DNA from: Podarcis bocagei
Lineage: Eukaryota
DNA length: 64,000 bases
NCBI GenBank assembly: GCA_964188305.1
Contig: OZ076896.1
Reading direction: 5' to 3' (one strand)
The notes beneath the pieces are model-generated. The model made no database searches. It saw nothing but the letters and a program-made list of their open reading frames with translations, and was not told where the DNA came from. Both the position numbers and the translations under genes were made by a program. Shown one piece after another: positions 27,112 to 40,305 of the stretch; position 1 is the first letter of the stretch; each line of letters starts with the position of its first letter.

Positions 27112-30100
27112 TACTGGACTTCTAACCAATTTCTAATTAACTGTCCAAAATCAAGAACATAGAAGAAGAGGCCTTGTATCAGCTGGTTGAATCAGATGAC
27201 ATTCAGGTTCCTTTTCATCTCTACAATTCTATGATTCTTCACCATTAATCAGGACAAGGGGAAAGGATTGAAATATTTGTATAGAGGACATAGATGGGAA
27301 AGCACCTTGGAATTCTAATCTGTACAAATTGATATCTGCATACGTGAATGTTCCTACAAAATTATAAACCGATTGCAGCTGTGGTCCACAGCATCTCCAC
27401 TGTCTCTTGGGTTTCAGGAGTCTTTCTCTAACCTGACCTGGAGATACTGAGGATTTGAGTCAGGACCTTTGGCTTGTTGCTCTACCACTAAGCTCCAGCC
27501 CCCACCCTATCCCCATCTCCTGTCCACAGAGAAACATGTTCAGGAGTGGGTGGGGAGAGAATGAAACAGGATGCTGAACTGCCCTCTCATATTCTCACAG
27601 ACTCACAGAGATTGTAAATGCTGCAAATAATGGCTGAAAAATTCTTCTCTGCGTAAAAAAAGCAAAAAAAAGCTAAACCAATGTGTGCATGTGTGTGTAG
27701 GGAAAAGAAACTGACAAGAGCTCAGACTAGCTTCAGGGATGCTCCAAGTTACTTTGCTGTCAGACATTCCCTAAGGAAAAGTCAAAAGAAATGGTCTGTG
27801 CCTGAACACATCTTGCGTGAATTCCATGGAGAGAAAATAATGAATGTTAATAGATACTTTTTAAAAACACTGAAATCTAAACATTAATGTGTTTGTATTC
27901 CACACTTAATACAAAATTACAACTAGCTATTTTTCAAGGACTCAACTCATACTTCTCTAGACAAGTCCATGCTATTCAACAGAAGCTCAAAACAACAAGC
28001 TTGCGAGCTTTTAGCTACAGAGTTTTGAATGTTTCTTGGATGAAATCACCAACATTAACACCTTTACGGTAATCGATGAGTGTCAACAGACATCTAGAGA
28101 GCTATGCTGCAGGCTCTGATATCACAGAAGTGATCAATTAAAAGAGTCAGTTAAAAAAATGATGTAAAGATCAGAGTTGTCAATGGTAAAATAATCTCAT
28201 CTGGCAGTGTCAAAATCAGAATAAAATATGCCATTTGTTTCATAACACTCCTGAATTCTCTCAGACAACTAAACACTCACCTTCCTGAACAATTTCCAAA
28301 TGTCCTAATTTTCAAACTATTAAATTATTGATTTTATCTTCTCATTAGTTCAGAAAGTTAGAAGCACCTGCTCCATGCAGCACAGATCAGAAGATGAAAA
28401 GAATGACAATGATATATGTCTGTTACACTAATAAGAGGAACTCAAATATTAAATCTCAGTTATTAAAGGGTATGTACTTTAGCCCAAAATGTTTGGTATT
28501 TTCCCCCTCAGTTAATAATACTATTGGTGCAACCCTATACTTCTCTACTTAGAACTCCATTGTGTTCAGTGGGACCTAAACTCAGGAAAGTGTTATAGGA
28601 TTTAAAAGTATTTATTAAGCATAAATGTACACAACATCAGTATTTTTTTTTTAATGTATGAAGTATACGGTTAGGTTCACTGCTGGGGAAGTCTAAGAAA
28701 CCTCACACATTCATACCTGCATTTTAACTGAAGATGACAAAACGATTTGTAAGAAAAGAAACACTGTGCTTTAAAAACGGGGATAATGATTAAGCAAATT
28801 TTGAAATTTCCTTTGGAGATTTGTCAATGCAAGCTTTTAGCAAAAACCACACAAGACAGCCTCATTTCCTCTGTAGTCCTTCTGACTGGGTATCACCAGC
28901 ACGAGGTCGTCTACAGAAAGAACCACGAAATGACACAGGCTACAGTGCATTCTTTGCTCCCACAAGCAAACCATCAGAATCTATTAAAATTACCTTAAAC
29001 TGATAGCACCAGAGACATGACAAATCACAGGCCAAGAGTCAGATACCAAGGAATGTGTATCAGGGCTTTGGGGCCAGGCCCATTTGCAAGCAAATGATAT
29101 TGTGTAGAGCTGGCATGCTCAGTGCATGACAAACTGATGCAATTTCAGCACTGTCGGAGAAGCTGGGCGAGATTTCTCTGATGCCGGCCATGCTTAGCTT
29201 AGAGAATTGTGCAGAGTTCCCAGATTTGAATCACTAGGGGCCTGAAAGGGCGTCACTTGACAAGTCACAAATAATTACACTGCACTCTTTCCATTGTACT
29301 CTATTATTTTGCCCCTCTTATCTCTAGACTTTGAACACTTGTGAACAAGCAAGGTCGCCTCTTATTTTGACCACAACACAGCAAAACATTGTTCTTTTCT
29401 GATATGATAAATAAAACAAGGACCAAGGGACTAACCATTTTATCAAATCTATTTTCTACTTTTATAAGCAAAAACAACTTTCCTGTTGTGCTCGTTAGAA
29501 GAGTTGGGTTAGAAATAACAACAGAAGCAGGTTCATGAGCTCTTCTCTTAAGAGGGTTATGTAGTTATCTAGTTAACTGAGAAGAAGAGTGATTTTAGAA
29601 ACAGGGCATTGAGTTCGTAGACCCTGACAGATAAAGTTATTTGTGGATTTTAGAAGAGCCCTTTCTCCTTTCAAATGAGAGAGTTTTGACAATTTAGTCT
29701 ACAACTAGCAGAAAGAAAGAAAAAAGGTTGAAGCCTCTTCTTCTTGCTAGTTTCAAGAAATAAGGAATATGTCCACTGGGCATTGTGAAACTTAAATTTC
29801 TCATAATTCATAGAGAAAGTGTGTCATGAACATGTAATCCTATTATATACGATTGGCTCATTTCAAAAGGAAAAGAAAGAAAATGAGCAAAGAGCCTGTT
29901 AACAGGAAGATGAATCTGTGGTTTTGAATCAATGGCTTTATTGTTTCGTCTCTTGTCTTCCCTCCAGTCTATACAAGGAAAAATCCAAATAAACAATTGT
30001 AGTAAAAAACCCCAGCTCGGTTTGCATACACTACACTGAAATTAGTAACACAGCAGGTGCTAAAATAAAATTTAGATTATTGTTCCAGCTCCGACTGATA

Positions 30101-30240
30101 GGAAAGGCTTAAACAAGTGTGATGAGAATCTCATTGCTCCTGTATTCTCTCACAACATCAACCTACCTAAACTGCTCTTTTTCTCCATTATCCTACAGTG
30201 CGCACACACACACACACACAGCAGTGTGGGTGGGTGTATA

Positions 30241-30590
30241 AAGGTAAAGGGACCCCTGACCATTAGGTCCAGTCATGGCCAACTCTGGGGTTGCGGCGCT
30301 CATCTCGCTTTACTGGCTGAGGGAGCCGGCGTACAGCTTCTGGGTCATGTGGCCAGTATGACTAAGCCGCTTCTGGCGAACCAGAGCAGCGCACGGAAAT
30401 GCCGTTTACCTTCCCGCTGGAGTGGTACCTATTTATCTACTTGCACTTTGACATTCTTTCGAACTGCTAAGTGGGCAGGAGCAGGGACCGAGGAATGGGA
30501 GAGCACCCCGTCACAGGGATTCGAACCGCCAACCTTCTGATCGGCAAGTCCTAGGCTCTGTGGTTTAACCCACAGCACCACCCGCGTCCC
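30241..30590 (-). mobile_element. Sauria SINE, full length
   Basis: Complete head GGGACGCGGGTGG, ACCTTT tail, TSD GGTG(G/T)GTGTATA. Confidence 0.93.
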
Positions 30591-31294
30591 AGGTGTGTGT
30601 ATAGGAATACATATATTCCTACATTGTTGGATTTTTGTATCCACCACTGTAGGAATAGTATCCCACTCAAGTAACATAACTTTCTTTCCCTTCCTTTCCA
30701 CTCCCCACATGTTCCCAAGATCTGCTTCAAAGGGTCTCCCAACCCTCTGGAGCAGATTTTAAGAGTGCACAAGAGGCTACAGAGGAGGGGGAAATCTTGC
30801 TGCATAAGTGCAAGTCTTTTGTGGAGCTTGAACGGCAGAGTTGGATACAACCCATTGTATATGAATATGAAATCAGCCTCTCATTTCATGGGAAATCTTA
30901 TATAAAATATTTCCTCACCCTATCACATTCTGTTTCCTGGTAATTGTTTTTGAAGCATTGCTTATTTTGGATCCACATAATGTATTCTGACTTATCCTTC
31001 ATGTGACATATTTATTTAAAATTTGTTGGCTCCGCAGGAAGAGGATTATTTTTGTACTCTTTTAAACCAAAATCAATATTTTTAAAGACTGGTGTATATT
31101 ATTAAATCCAAGTCTTTACTCAAAACAAATAAAGGAAAATGTTATCAACTAATATGTAAGCCTACACACATTGATAAAATACTAATGCACATAACTCTCT
31201 TTAAAGATTGGTGCACATATATCATTATGGGATGCTTTAGTTTCATTTTCTGTATGAATGGAACTGATTTAAGTATTAGATCAATAAGTATCTA

Positions 31295-31527
31295 CAGTGC
31301 TATCTTGGGTTATGAACTTAATTCGTTCTGGAGGTCCGTTCTTAACCCAAAACCATTCTTAAACTGAGGTGCACTTTCGCTAATGGGGCCTCCTACTGCC
31401 GCCGGCGTGTGATTTCCGTTCTCATCCTGGAGCAAAGTTCTCAACCCGAGGTACTACTTCCGGGTTATCTGAGTTTGTAACCAAAAGTGTTTGTGACCTG
31501 AAGTGTTTGTAACCCAAGGTACCACTG
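31295..31527. mobile_element. Tigger-like MITE
   Basis: TA flanks and CAGTG...GGTACCACTG termini. Related to 21475-21715. Confidence 0.82.
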
Positions 31528-31888
31528 TATTTGAATGAACCTAGAACAGACAATGTATTCTTTCCATTGTGGCATTTTGAACAGAAGTGTTTTAGATTAC
31601 AACATGAATCAGGACTAGTGGTCTGTGCTGAGTTTAAATGATTTTGCATAGCCATATCTCAAGCAGAAGCTACCATAGCAAACCACTTCCAAAATGGATG
31701 AGTCCCTAAGCCATGTGGCATGTCACATGGAGATCTATGCTTATAAAGAACCAAAGGGGTTGCTGTCTGGACCCTGACCCACATTTGCAAGGCACATGCA
31801 CACATTTTCATCTGGATAAAATGCAGGTTTGGAACCTGTATTAACTACAGAATTGCAACAGTTGGCCACATATTTCAAACAAAATGTA

Positions 31889-33088
31889 CCGTATTTTTCG
31901 CACCATAGGACACAGTTTTTCCGTCTTAAAAACTAAGGGGAAAAGTGTGCGTCCTATGAAGCGAATGCAGGGGGGGAGGCAAGCAGGAAAAGCCCCCAAA
32001 AGCCACACACAAGCTTTGCGCGGCTCTTGTGGGCTTTTCCCCAGGAGGGAGAAGGGACTGACGCGGCCAGTCAGTCCCTTCTCCCTCCTCTAGAAAAGCC
32101 TTGCGCAATCTCTCCAGCCATGGGGAGGCTGCACAAGGCTAAAGAGGAAGCCCGGGCAGCGAGCGCGATCCATCCCCTCGCTGCTGCCCGGGCTGCCTCC
32201 TTAGCCTTGTGCACCTCTCCAGCAGCGGGAGGCTGCGCAAGGCTAAAGAAGCCAACTTTTAAAAAATCTCTCTATCTCTACCTCTTTTTCTTTTTTCGTC
32301 CTTTCTCCACCCCCTTATTTTCCTCTGGATCAGTGTTTTTATCTAGATTAACGTTTTAGTTTGGAGGAGGGGGAATATTATAAAAAAGGAAACTTTGCAG
32401 ATTTTATTTTAGTATACAATAAAAACAGATTAAACAAAACACAAGAGAAAGAACTAGCATAGAAGAAGAGAAAAGGGAAAGAGGGAGGATACAAAGCCAT
32501 TTACCAGAGGTAGATCTTAACCCTTGCCTCACCCGGGAGCTTCTCTGGGCAGGTATTCCCTCGGCTTAAGTGGGGTAAGGGAAGAGTGGCAGGTAGGAGG
32601 GTACCTACCTAGACAGTGAAGCCACATGTCTCTCCAATGAAAATTGGGAGTGGGCATTGTGTGAAGTGGCTGTGGATCTCCTGGCGCAGAAGTGTAGGAC
32701 TGTATAGAGTTGGGAGGGCCACCCGAGGGTCATCTAGCCCAGCCCCCTCACAATGTAGGAATCACAGCTAAAGAACGCCAGGCAGATGGTCCCCCAACCG
32801 CTGCTTAAAAGCCTCCAGTGGTGGAGACCCCCAACAACTTCCGAGGTCACAGAATTGCAGGGTTGGAAGGGAACCCCAGGAGTCATCTAGTCCAGCCCCG
32901 GTGGACAGCGGGCACGATCCATCCTGTTGTGCAAGGCTAAAGATGCTGCTCAAGGCTAAAGAGGAAGCACGCAGCCTGTCCGTTGCTCTTTGGGGCTGGG
33001 GGGGGGATAATATTTTTCCCCTTGATTTCCCCTCTAAAAACTAGGTGCATCCTGTGGTCCGGTGCATCCAATAGAGCGAAAAATACGG
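31889..33088. mobile_element. 1.2-kb composite Tc1/mariner-superfamily element with about 660 bp of unrelated internal sequence
   Basis: TA-CCGTATTTTTCGC...GCGAAAAATACGG-TA. Hairpin-rich arms, and CR1-type 3' ends at about 32703-32900. Confidence 0.78.
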
Positions 33089-34705
33089 TAATTTAAAATT
33101 TTGCTGTGTATATACAGAAATGTGATCACACTTTTGCCGATAGGAGGCAGTAATAGGGACTTTCCTTGGCATTGCTTTGCCATTAAACCCTGAGAAGCAG
33201 TAATTAGTTAGTTAGTTGTGAGCTGTTGCTTGGAGTGTTGGCTGGTGCTTGGTGGTCATGGACAGCTAGAAGAAGACAGTAAAGGAAGAGGACCAGGAAG
33301 CAGGAAGGAAGGAGACTTGAAAAGAAGCCAAAGTAGTTTGGTGGCCAAGTACTTGGTGGGCTAGTCAAACCACTTGGCTTAGGGAAAAACCTGGCTACAG
33401 AGTTGAGTAGTAGTACGGAGAGGCAGTTTGGAATATGGAATATCCCAGTTACCCGAGTTATTGGTAAACTAAGTGTGCTAACTTCTTCAAGTGACATCAA
33501 ATGTTGACAGTGGTACAGGTTAGGGAAAACCAATGGAGTAGAAGTTGGGTTTTGTTAATAAAATAAGCAATGAAATATCCCCCTGCCCTTTGGGATTTGT
33601 CTGCAAGAATACCATGTCATAGCTACTTCCTATTTTTATTGTGTAACTACCCGAAGAATATTTATATTAAAGGACAGCGCCGACATTTACAAATAACCTC
33701 TAAAGAGTAGTACAGCATTTTACAAGGAAGAAGAATTGTTTTTCAATCAGCACTCCGGCCATTCACCTGTAATTAATGCTGTATGAGTAAGTTTAGTTAT
33801 GAGTCCTCTGGAAGGGGCAACAAAGTATGTTACAATTTCTATCCATACATTTTTTTCGGGGAGGGGAGGAGAAAAAGAACACACACACACATATACACAC
33901 ACTCTTAAAGCAGTGTTAATTGTCTCACAAAGATATGTGAAATGTGTCTTAAGAGTGGAGATAGAATTCTGCAAACTATTCTGTGTGCATTGCACAGAGT
34001 GGAACATAAATAAATGAACGACTGTCCTTTGAGATATGCTTATATGATACAGAGTGCAGACACAAAGATGGTGCCACAGCTAAGAATGCCATATGTAAGA
34101 TGCTTGAGCACTGTGCAAAGCTGTAGTGTTACACATCTGGTGCTAGACATTGTTAAAAGCAAATTCAATTGATCTTAGCGCATTCTATTATGCGTGCTAT
34201 TCTAGATCATATGAACTGTCATCTCAGTACTGCAGTTCATAGGATCGGGCCATGAGAGAAGGCAAGTCAGCTGAAATGAATCTGATTACTTTTTATAAAA
34301 GCAATTTTCCTAATCAATACATACTCGCTGCTACCCTATCGATTGTTTCACCACACAATCAAGATTCTTAATTTGTGTTTATGTAAGGGATTATGAGGTG
34401 ATGTTGGATTCCATTATTCTCTTGTATGAAGACACTGCAGTGTATGATTTGCTTCGGTTTAAAAAACTAAACTTATTTCAAACAAAAATGAAATGTCTTT
34501 CATTAATTTTTTATGTTAGAATTTTCATGGCACATTAAGGGATGAGCTTCCAAGATTCAAGTATCATGCCATTTTGTACTACAACATTTCATCATTCCCA
34601 CCTACCCCAGTTCAAAGCATGATAGACACGTCTGCTTATATGGCACTGACAATAAGTGAAACAGGACTTTAACAAGAATATTTAGTGTGGTCTAACTGAA
34701 GGAGA

Positions 34706-35054
34706 GGGACGCGGGTGGCGCTGTGGGTTAAACCACAGAGCCTAGGAATTGCTGATCAGAAGGTCGGCTGTTCGAATCCCTGCAACGGGGTGAGCTCCCG
34801 TTGTTCAGTCCCAGCTCCTGTCCACCTAGAAGTTCGAAAGCACGTCAAAGTGCAAGTAGATAAATAGGGACCGCTCTGGCGGGAAGGTAAACGGTGTTTC
34901 CGTGCACTGCTCTGGTTTGCCAGAAGCGGCTTAGTCCGGCTGGCCACATGACCCGGAAGCTGTACGCTGGCTCCCTTGGCCAATAAAGCGAGATGAGTGC
35001 CGCAACCCCAGAGTCGGTCATGACTGGACCTAATGGTCAGGGGTCCCTTTACCT
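34706..35054 (+). mobile_element. Sauria SINE, full length
   Basis: TSD TAACTGAAGGAGA, with complete head and tail. Confidence 0.94.
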
Positions 35055-35796
35055 TAACTGAAGGAGAGGAGACCAAGACATACATGCAATAGCTGCATAT
35101 TTCAATATATTATCTATCTCAACTCTACTTTGGGAATGAGTAACTTTTTAAAAACATCCTCACAGCATAGGTATTCACTGTAGAATTCCAGCCTAATACT
35201 GGACTTAGTACACAATCACACATCTCCATCCTCAATATGTTTTAATAGAACTGTATTAAAGTTCCATTATCAACATGCTGCAGAAATTCTTTAAAAGTTA
35301 TAGCTTTCACAGAACTATCGGAACTTGCCCTGTTGATGTGAAACATTCTGATCCCCTATCACTGACAGAAAACAGCATAGACAGCAAAGAGGAGCCAACA
35401 CTGTTGAGTTGAGAGGGCCAAGTGAGGATTTTTTAAAAGAAAAAGGGTGTCCGTTAAGGCACATGAACAAAATTTCACCACATAGTTGTTTAAAGTGGAC
35501 CAAGTGGTTGAAAAGGACAGAGGTCCACATTATACCAAGGATCTAGGTCTTGGAACTGATATATTACCAAAGGTTGATGCCCAGCAGGACAAGAATCAAA
35601 TAAAGTCTGGCTACAAAAGCCAGGAGTAGGATAAAGTATCACTAAAGTATCCATTACTGACGTGCTTAAAAAATGAAGGGATTATTAGCAGTCTTTTTAA
35701 TGACTGAAACTTTCTAAGACTTCAAGAGCAAGTTTCCATTCAAGAAAGCGAGACGTGACCGATATTCCAATTTGTAAAGAATTACCTTCTCCTTAA

Positions 35797-36155
35797 GGGA
35801 CGCGGGTGGCGCCGTGGTCTAAACCATAGAGCCTAGGGCTTACCGATCAGAAAGTCGGTGGTTCGAATCCCTGCGACAGGGTGAGCTCCCGTTGTTTGGT
35901 CCCTGCTCCTGCCCATCTAGCAGTTTGAAAGCACGTCAAAGTGCAAGTAAGATAAATAGGTACAGCTCCGGCAGGAAGGTAAATGGCGTTTCCATGCGCT
36001 GCTCTGGTTCGCCAGAAGCAGCTCAGCCACATGACCCGGAAGCTGTCTGCGGACAAACGCCAGCTCCCTCAACCTATAGAGCGAGATGAGCGCGCAACCC
36101 CAGAGTCATCCGTGACTGGACCTAACGGTCAGGTTTACCTTTACCTTTTACTTTA
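35797..36155 (+). mobile_element. Sauria SINE, full length
   Basis: Head GGGACGCGGGTGGCG and tail TTTACCTTTACCTTTTAC. Confidence 0.92.
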
Positions 36156-37792
36156 TCCTCATACTCTACTGTTCAGCTTCCCATCCAGCTGTCAGACTAT
36201 TTTAAACCATAGACCTACATACTGCTGAATTGAATTGACAGAGCAGCATTAAAGGACTTGGACTGAGAAGCCTTAGAAATGGAGGAAGGACACAAATCAT
36301 GTTTTCAGGGCTACACTGCTTTTTACCTTAGGACACTGCTGCACAGGAAAACTAAGCATAAGGGTAAGGTAAAGCCCAGAAGCAAAACTGACGTAGCTCT
36401 GTACTTGTCCTGTATTTAAAGTCATTTTCTGGTAAAGCTGGGGAGAACTAGCTAGCTTGACGTCATCTGCTTATCACAGGATCAACAGATTTGGAATATT
36501 AGCATCAGGAAGTTACAGTGTTTCCTCCTGACTTGCAACAGGAGACTCCTTTCACTGCTATGGTGCACAATCCACAGCTAGAGCAGATTTAAAAGGAAGT
36601 GGGAAACTATATAAACTAATATAAAGAATAAATCTTTAATGATTTTATAGACAAGAGAGAGATTAATAACTTAAAAACGAAAATATCTGACATCATATCC
36701 CAGCTCCATAATTCAACTACCTCAAAAAGCAATTAAGGGATAGCATTAAAAAAGTTAATTAAAAACACTGCAACCATGTCAGTCAAGTGTGCCCTTTGCA
36801 CCTCGGTCCACTTAAACACATGTCACCTTGACCTGTAACACACCAATGCAACATTTTTGGTCAATATAAATCAAGTACACACTAATTTATTCGGCCAGTG
36901 TCCAAGTATCTGAATCAACATTAGAAATCTAACTAGTACTTGCTATTCTGTTATTGACAAAGGAAGCATATTTAAATGATAACAAGTGCTCATGGGTGTC
37001 ATTTTGAAGTTAAATTGTTCCCCAAGGATATCTTTACAAAACGTCTACATTTAAAGGTCATTCACTGCCAAATTATGAACAACTGTTGCATTTTTAAGTA
37101 GAGGTTCAATAGTTTGGAGACCCACTCATCAATTTAAAGTGGCAATAAAAAGTTTAGCCGTTGACTGGTATTAACTGAGGAAAACAAATATCACCAACAT
37201 CTTGTCAAGCACAGTGTCAATTTGACTTGCTTAAAAGGAAAAACGTACAAGGCGATCTCACTGTCAAATGGTAAGCTTTGGAAGTCATGTTGCTGGCTCC
37301 CGACATAGCCAACAAGAGAAGGTCAAAATTGGTGCTGTATAACTGGGCAGCAAGGAGGAGAGGTCCAGCTTAGGAACATGCGAAGCTGCCATTGGTCCAT
37401 TTAACTAAGTACTACAATGACAGGCTGCAGCTCTTCCAGAATTTCAGCAGCAGTCTTTTCTGGTCCTACATGGAGACACTGGAAATTGGACCTAGCACTA
37501 TTTGCATACAAGTTTGCCAAATGAGCTACAACCCTAAATTTTACCTTCTCCCCAACATGCCAGTTTTGCATTTGGAGGGATTTTTCTTTCCTTATGGAGA
37601 AACATTCACTCATGTGAGTCCCCACTGAAGAGCAGGTCTAACCCAATGGTTTTTAATATTTAATCCACTACTGCCCACCAAGTATACAACATTAGCATCA
37701 AATGTCTGCTGAGCACAAGACCCTTGTGGCCAATATGAAGTTTGGTATTAGTAGACAGCTAATTCAGGCAGCCATTTCTTGCCAAGCAGATG

Positions 37793-38090
37793 AGTGGATA
37801 GCTCAGCTGGTTAGAATGTGGTGCTTATAATGCCAAGGTTTGTAGGTTCAATCCCCATGGGACAGCTGCATATTCCTGCATTGCAGGCAGTTAGACTTGA
37901 TCAGTGTTTGCCAAATTTGGGTCTCCAGCTGGTTTTGGACTACAACTCCCATCATCCCTAGCTGGCAGGGACAGTGGTCAGGGATGATGGGAACTGTAGT
38001 CCAAACACAGCTGGAGACCCAACTTTGGGAAACACTGGACTAGATCATCCTCAAGGTCCCTTCCAACTCTACAGTTCTATGATTCTATGA
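37793..38090 (+). mobile_element. tRNA(Ile-like)-headed SINE with CR1-type tail, interrupted by a hAT MITE (37902-38037)
   Basis: TAGCTCAGCTGGTTAGA...GGTTCAATCCCC head and (TTCTATGA)2 tail. The MITE is flanked by GACTTGAT/GACTAGAT. Confidence 0.85.
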
Positions 38091-39330
38091 CTGTGCTGAA
38101 GGCACATTTGACTAAATATAATGAGAGGAATGGCAGAAGCAGATTCTGCGCATGTACCTTTTACTGAGGTGAGTATTTAGCATTTAAACCCCATTGTCAT
38201 GTGCTACTTTATGTATATGGGGGATAGAGAGGTGTCTGGGATTTTATCCTCAGGGCAGGGGATGAGTAGTAGATCAAAACTTTCTTCTGCTGAATTTCAG
38301 ATGGCATTTCAAGAGCAGTGAAGGAGCTGTCAAAAATACCCCTAATGCTTACCTTTGCCTCCCCCAAAGCTCTGGATTCCCCCCCCCCCCATTTGTAGAT
38401 AGCAGCTCTACGCCCTCTGGGCAAGAACCACTAGTTTACACTCAGCGGCAACTAGACCCCAGTGTCAGATCACAAATTATATGAAGCAATATGGAATACA
38501 GAAGCACAAGAAACTCTTGCTTCCTGCTACAATGTGTGAAATGGGACTTGAGCATGACACTTGTAATAAGGTCAACGGTCATTGGAAACTCTAGGAACTG
38601 ACTATGAAAAATGCTTATCCTGGCTTTACAAGTGTCAGATGTGGTTTTGGTTTCTCTGCTATATCTTAGGCAGCACTTTTGGGAAATATGCTAGCTCTTC
38701 CTTAAGACAGTTTGTTTCTTGCTCACTGCAGTAGCCAATATCATTTTAGAATATTATTTCAGCTAAACCAATAAACAAATTATATCAGGCTTATTTTCTT
38801 GAGATAAAATAGCAGGTGGTGAGACAGTCAAAACAGCTTTTTTAAAAAAAAAATAGCATGCAATTGCCGCCCCACCGCAGCAGCTTCACTTACAATTGAC
38901 AAGGATCTCTGTGCAACTTAGTTGATGCCATCCTTCTTTGAAAACTCTGAACATGAAAGCAGTTGGGAGAGCTCTGACACTTTTTGCAAGCTGAGAACCT
39001 GGTACTCAGAAGCTGTTGTATCGCAGCGAGTTTTTATCTCGCCTTACTTAAAAGAACTTAAACATGAGTTGAAAACCCATCCCAAGTCACAGAGATGTAT
39101 TCTTCCCAAGCATGGAGCCACTGCCAACAGGGCCAATAAGCATATTTGTTTAGCATACCTGGGCAGAAGCCCCCAACTTCACATAAGCCCTCTGCACATG
39201 CTCAAGGGGACATTATCGTTTCTCAGGGGCCAGAGTTTTGGCAAAGAAAAAGTGGCAATGCAACCAAGTCTAGGAAACGACCCCAGGTACTTTGCTTCTG
39301 ACCTGGCTGATGCCAATTCTACCAGTCTAC

Positions 39331-39720
39331 AAGAAGGCTGATAGCCGAAGAATTTATGCTTTTGAATTATGGTGCTGGAGAAGACGCTTGAGAGTCCCAT
39401 GGACTACAAGAAGATCAAACCTAGCCATTCTGAAGGAAATCAGCCCTGAGTGCTCACTGGAAGGACAGCTCGGGAAGCTGAGGCTCCAATACTTTGGCCA
39501 CCTCGTGAGAAGAGAAGACTCCCTGGAAAAGACCCTGATGTGGGGAAAGATCACAAGGAGAAGGGTATGACAGAGGATGAGATGGTTGGACAGTGTTCTC
39601 GAAGCTACCAGCATGAGTTTGACCAAACTGCGGGAGGAGGTGGAAGACAGGAGTGCCTGGTGTGCTCTGGTCCATGGGGTCACGAAGAGTCAGACACGAC
39701 TAAACGACTAAACAACAACA
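39331..39720 (+). mobile_element. BovB (RTE) LINE 3' fragment
   Basis: ORF 39292..39570 contains AFELWCWRRRLRVPWT...LKEISPECSLEG...LQYFGHLVRREDSLEKTLM, typical of the BovB RT C-terminus. CAA-type tail. Confidence 0.93.
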
Positions 39721-39773
39721 GAAATGGCCTGTCCATTGAATGTCCAGTTCCCTGCGAGCAAACTCCATTAAAT

Positions 39774-39915
39774 CAGGTTATCCCAAACTTGGGTCTCCAG
39801 TTGTTGTTGTTTTGGACTACAGTTCCCATCATCCCCCAGCCAGCAGGACCAGCGGTCAGGGATGATGGGAATTGTAGTTCCAAAACAGCCAGAGACCCAA
39901 GTTTGGGAAACCCTG
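39774..39915. mobile_element. hAT-Charlie-type MITE
   Basis: CAGGTTATCCCAAACTTGGG / CCCAAGTTTGGGAAACCCTG termini. Confidence 0.8.
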
Positions 39916-40245
39916 CATGAAACAGTAGCCAACGCACCTGACTTGTTTTTCTCTCTTACCAACCGGCATAGGGGGAACCTCACACCGAAGAGCTCTCGCC
40001 TTACTATTGCGGGTCTTTATACAGCCTTGTAGCGCAGGACGCAAAACTGAGGGAATTTGGCTGGTGCTTAGAGGTGCGTCTCACAGCTTTTCCCGCACCA
40101 CCCCCTTAGGGCGAATGGAATGCGCCATGAAAGCCTCACGGCGGCCCGAGCTGTACCAACCCGCTCCTTAAAAGGGGGGGGGGGAACGGAGGGTAAAGAA
40201 AGAGGAGGGAGAGTTTAACCTCGCCTTTTCCCGCCCACCACTCAC

Positions 40246-40305
40246 CGTATAGCCCCTCTCCAACTCGCTCTCCTCATAGCGGAACGACGGGATGAAAACC
40301 TCCAT
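40246..40305 (-). CDS. SNX24: Sorting nexin-24, coding exon 1 (MEVFIPSFRYEESELERGYT)
   Basis: Strong Kozak context GCACCATGG, 60 nt, donor ACG|GTGAGT. Joins exon 2 in frame and matches the recalled SNX24 N-terminus. Not in the ORF track. Confidence 0.96.

Noticed and set aside
37793-37862. Possible tRNA gene (also tRNA-like pieces at about 5990, 6350 and 42640)
   Set aside because: Degenerate cloverleaf running straight into SINE body or CR1-type tail, so these are SINE heads and not tRNA genes.
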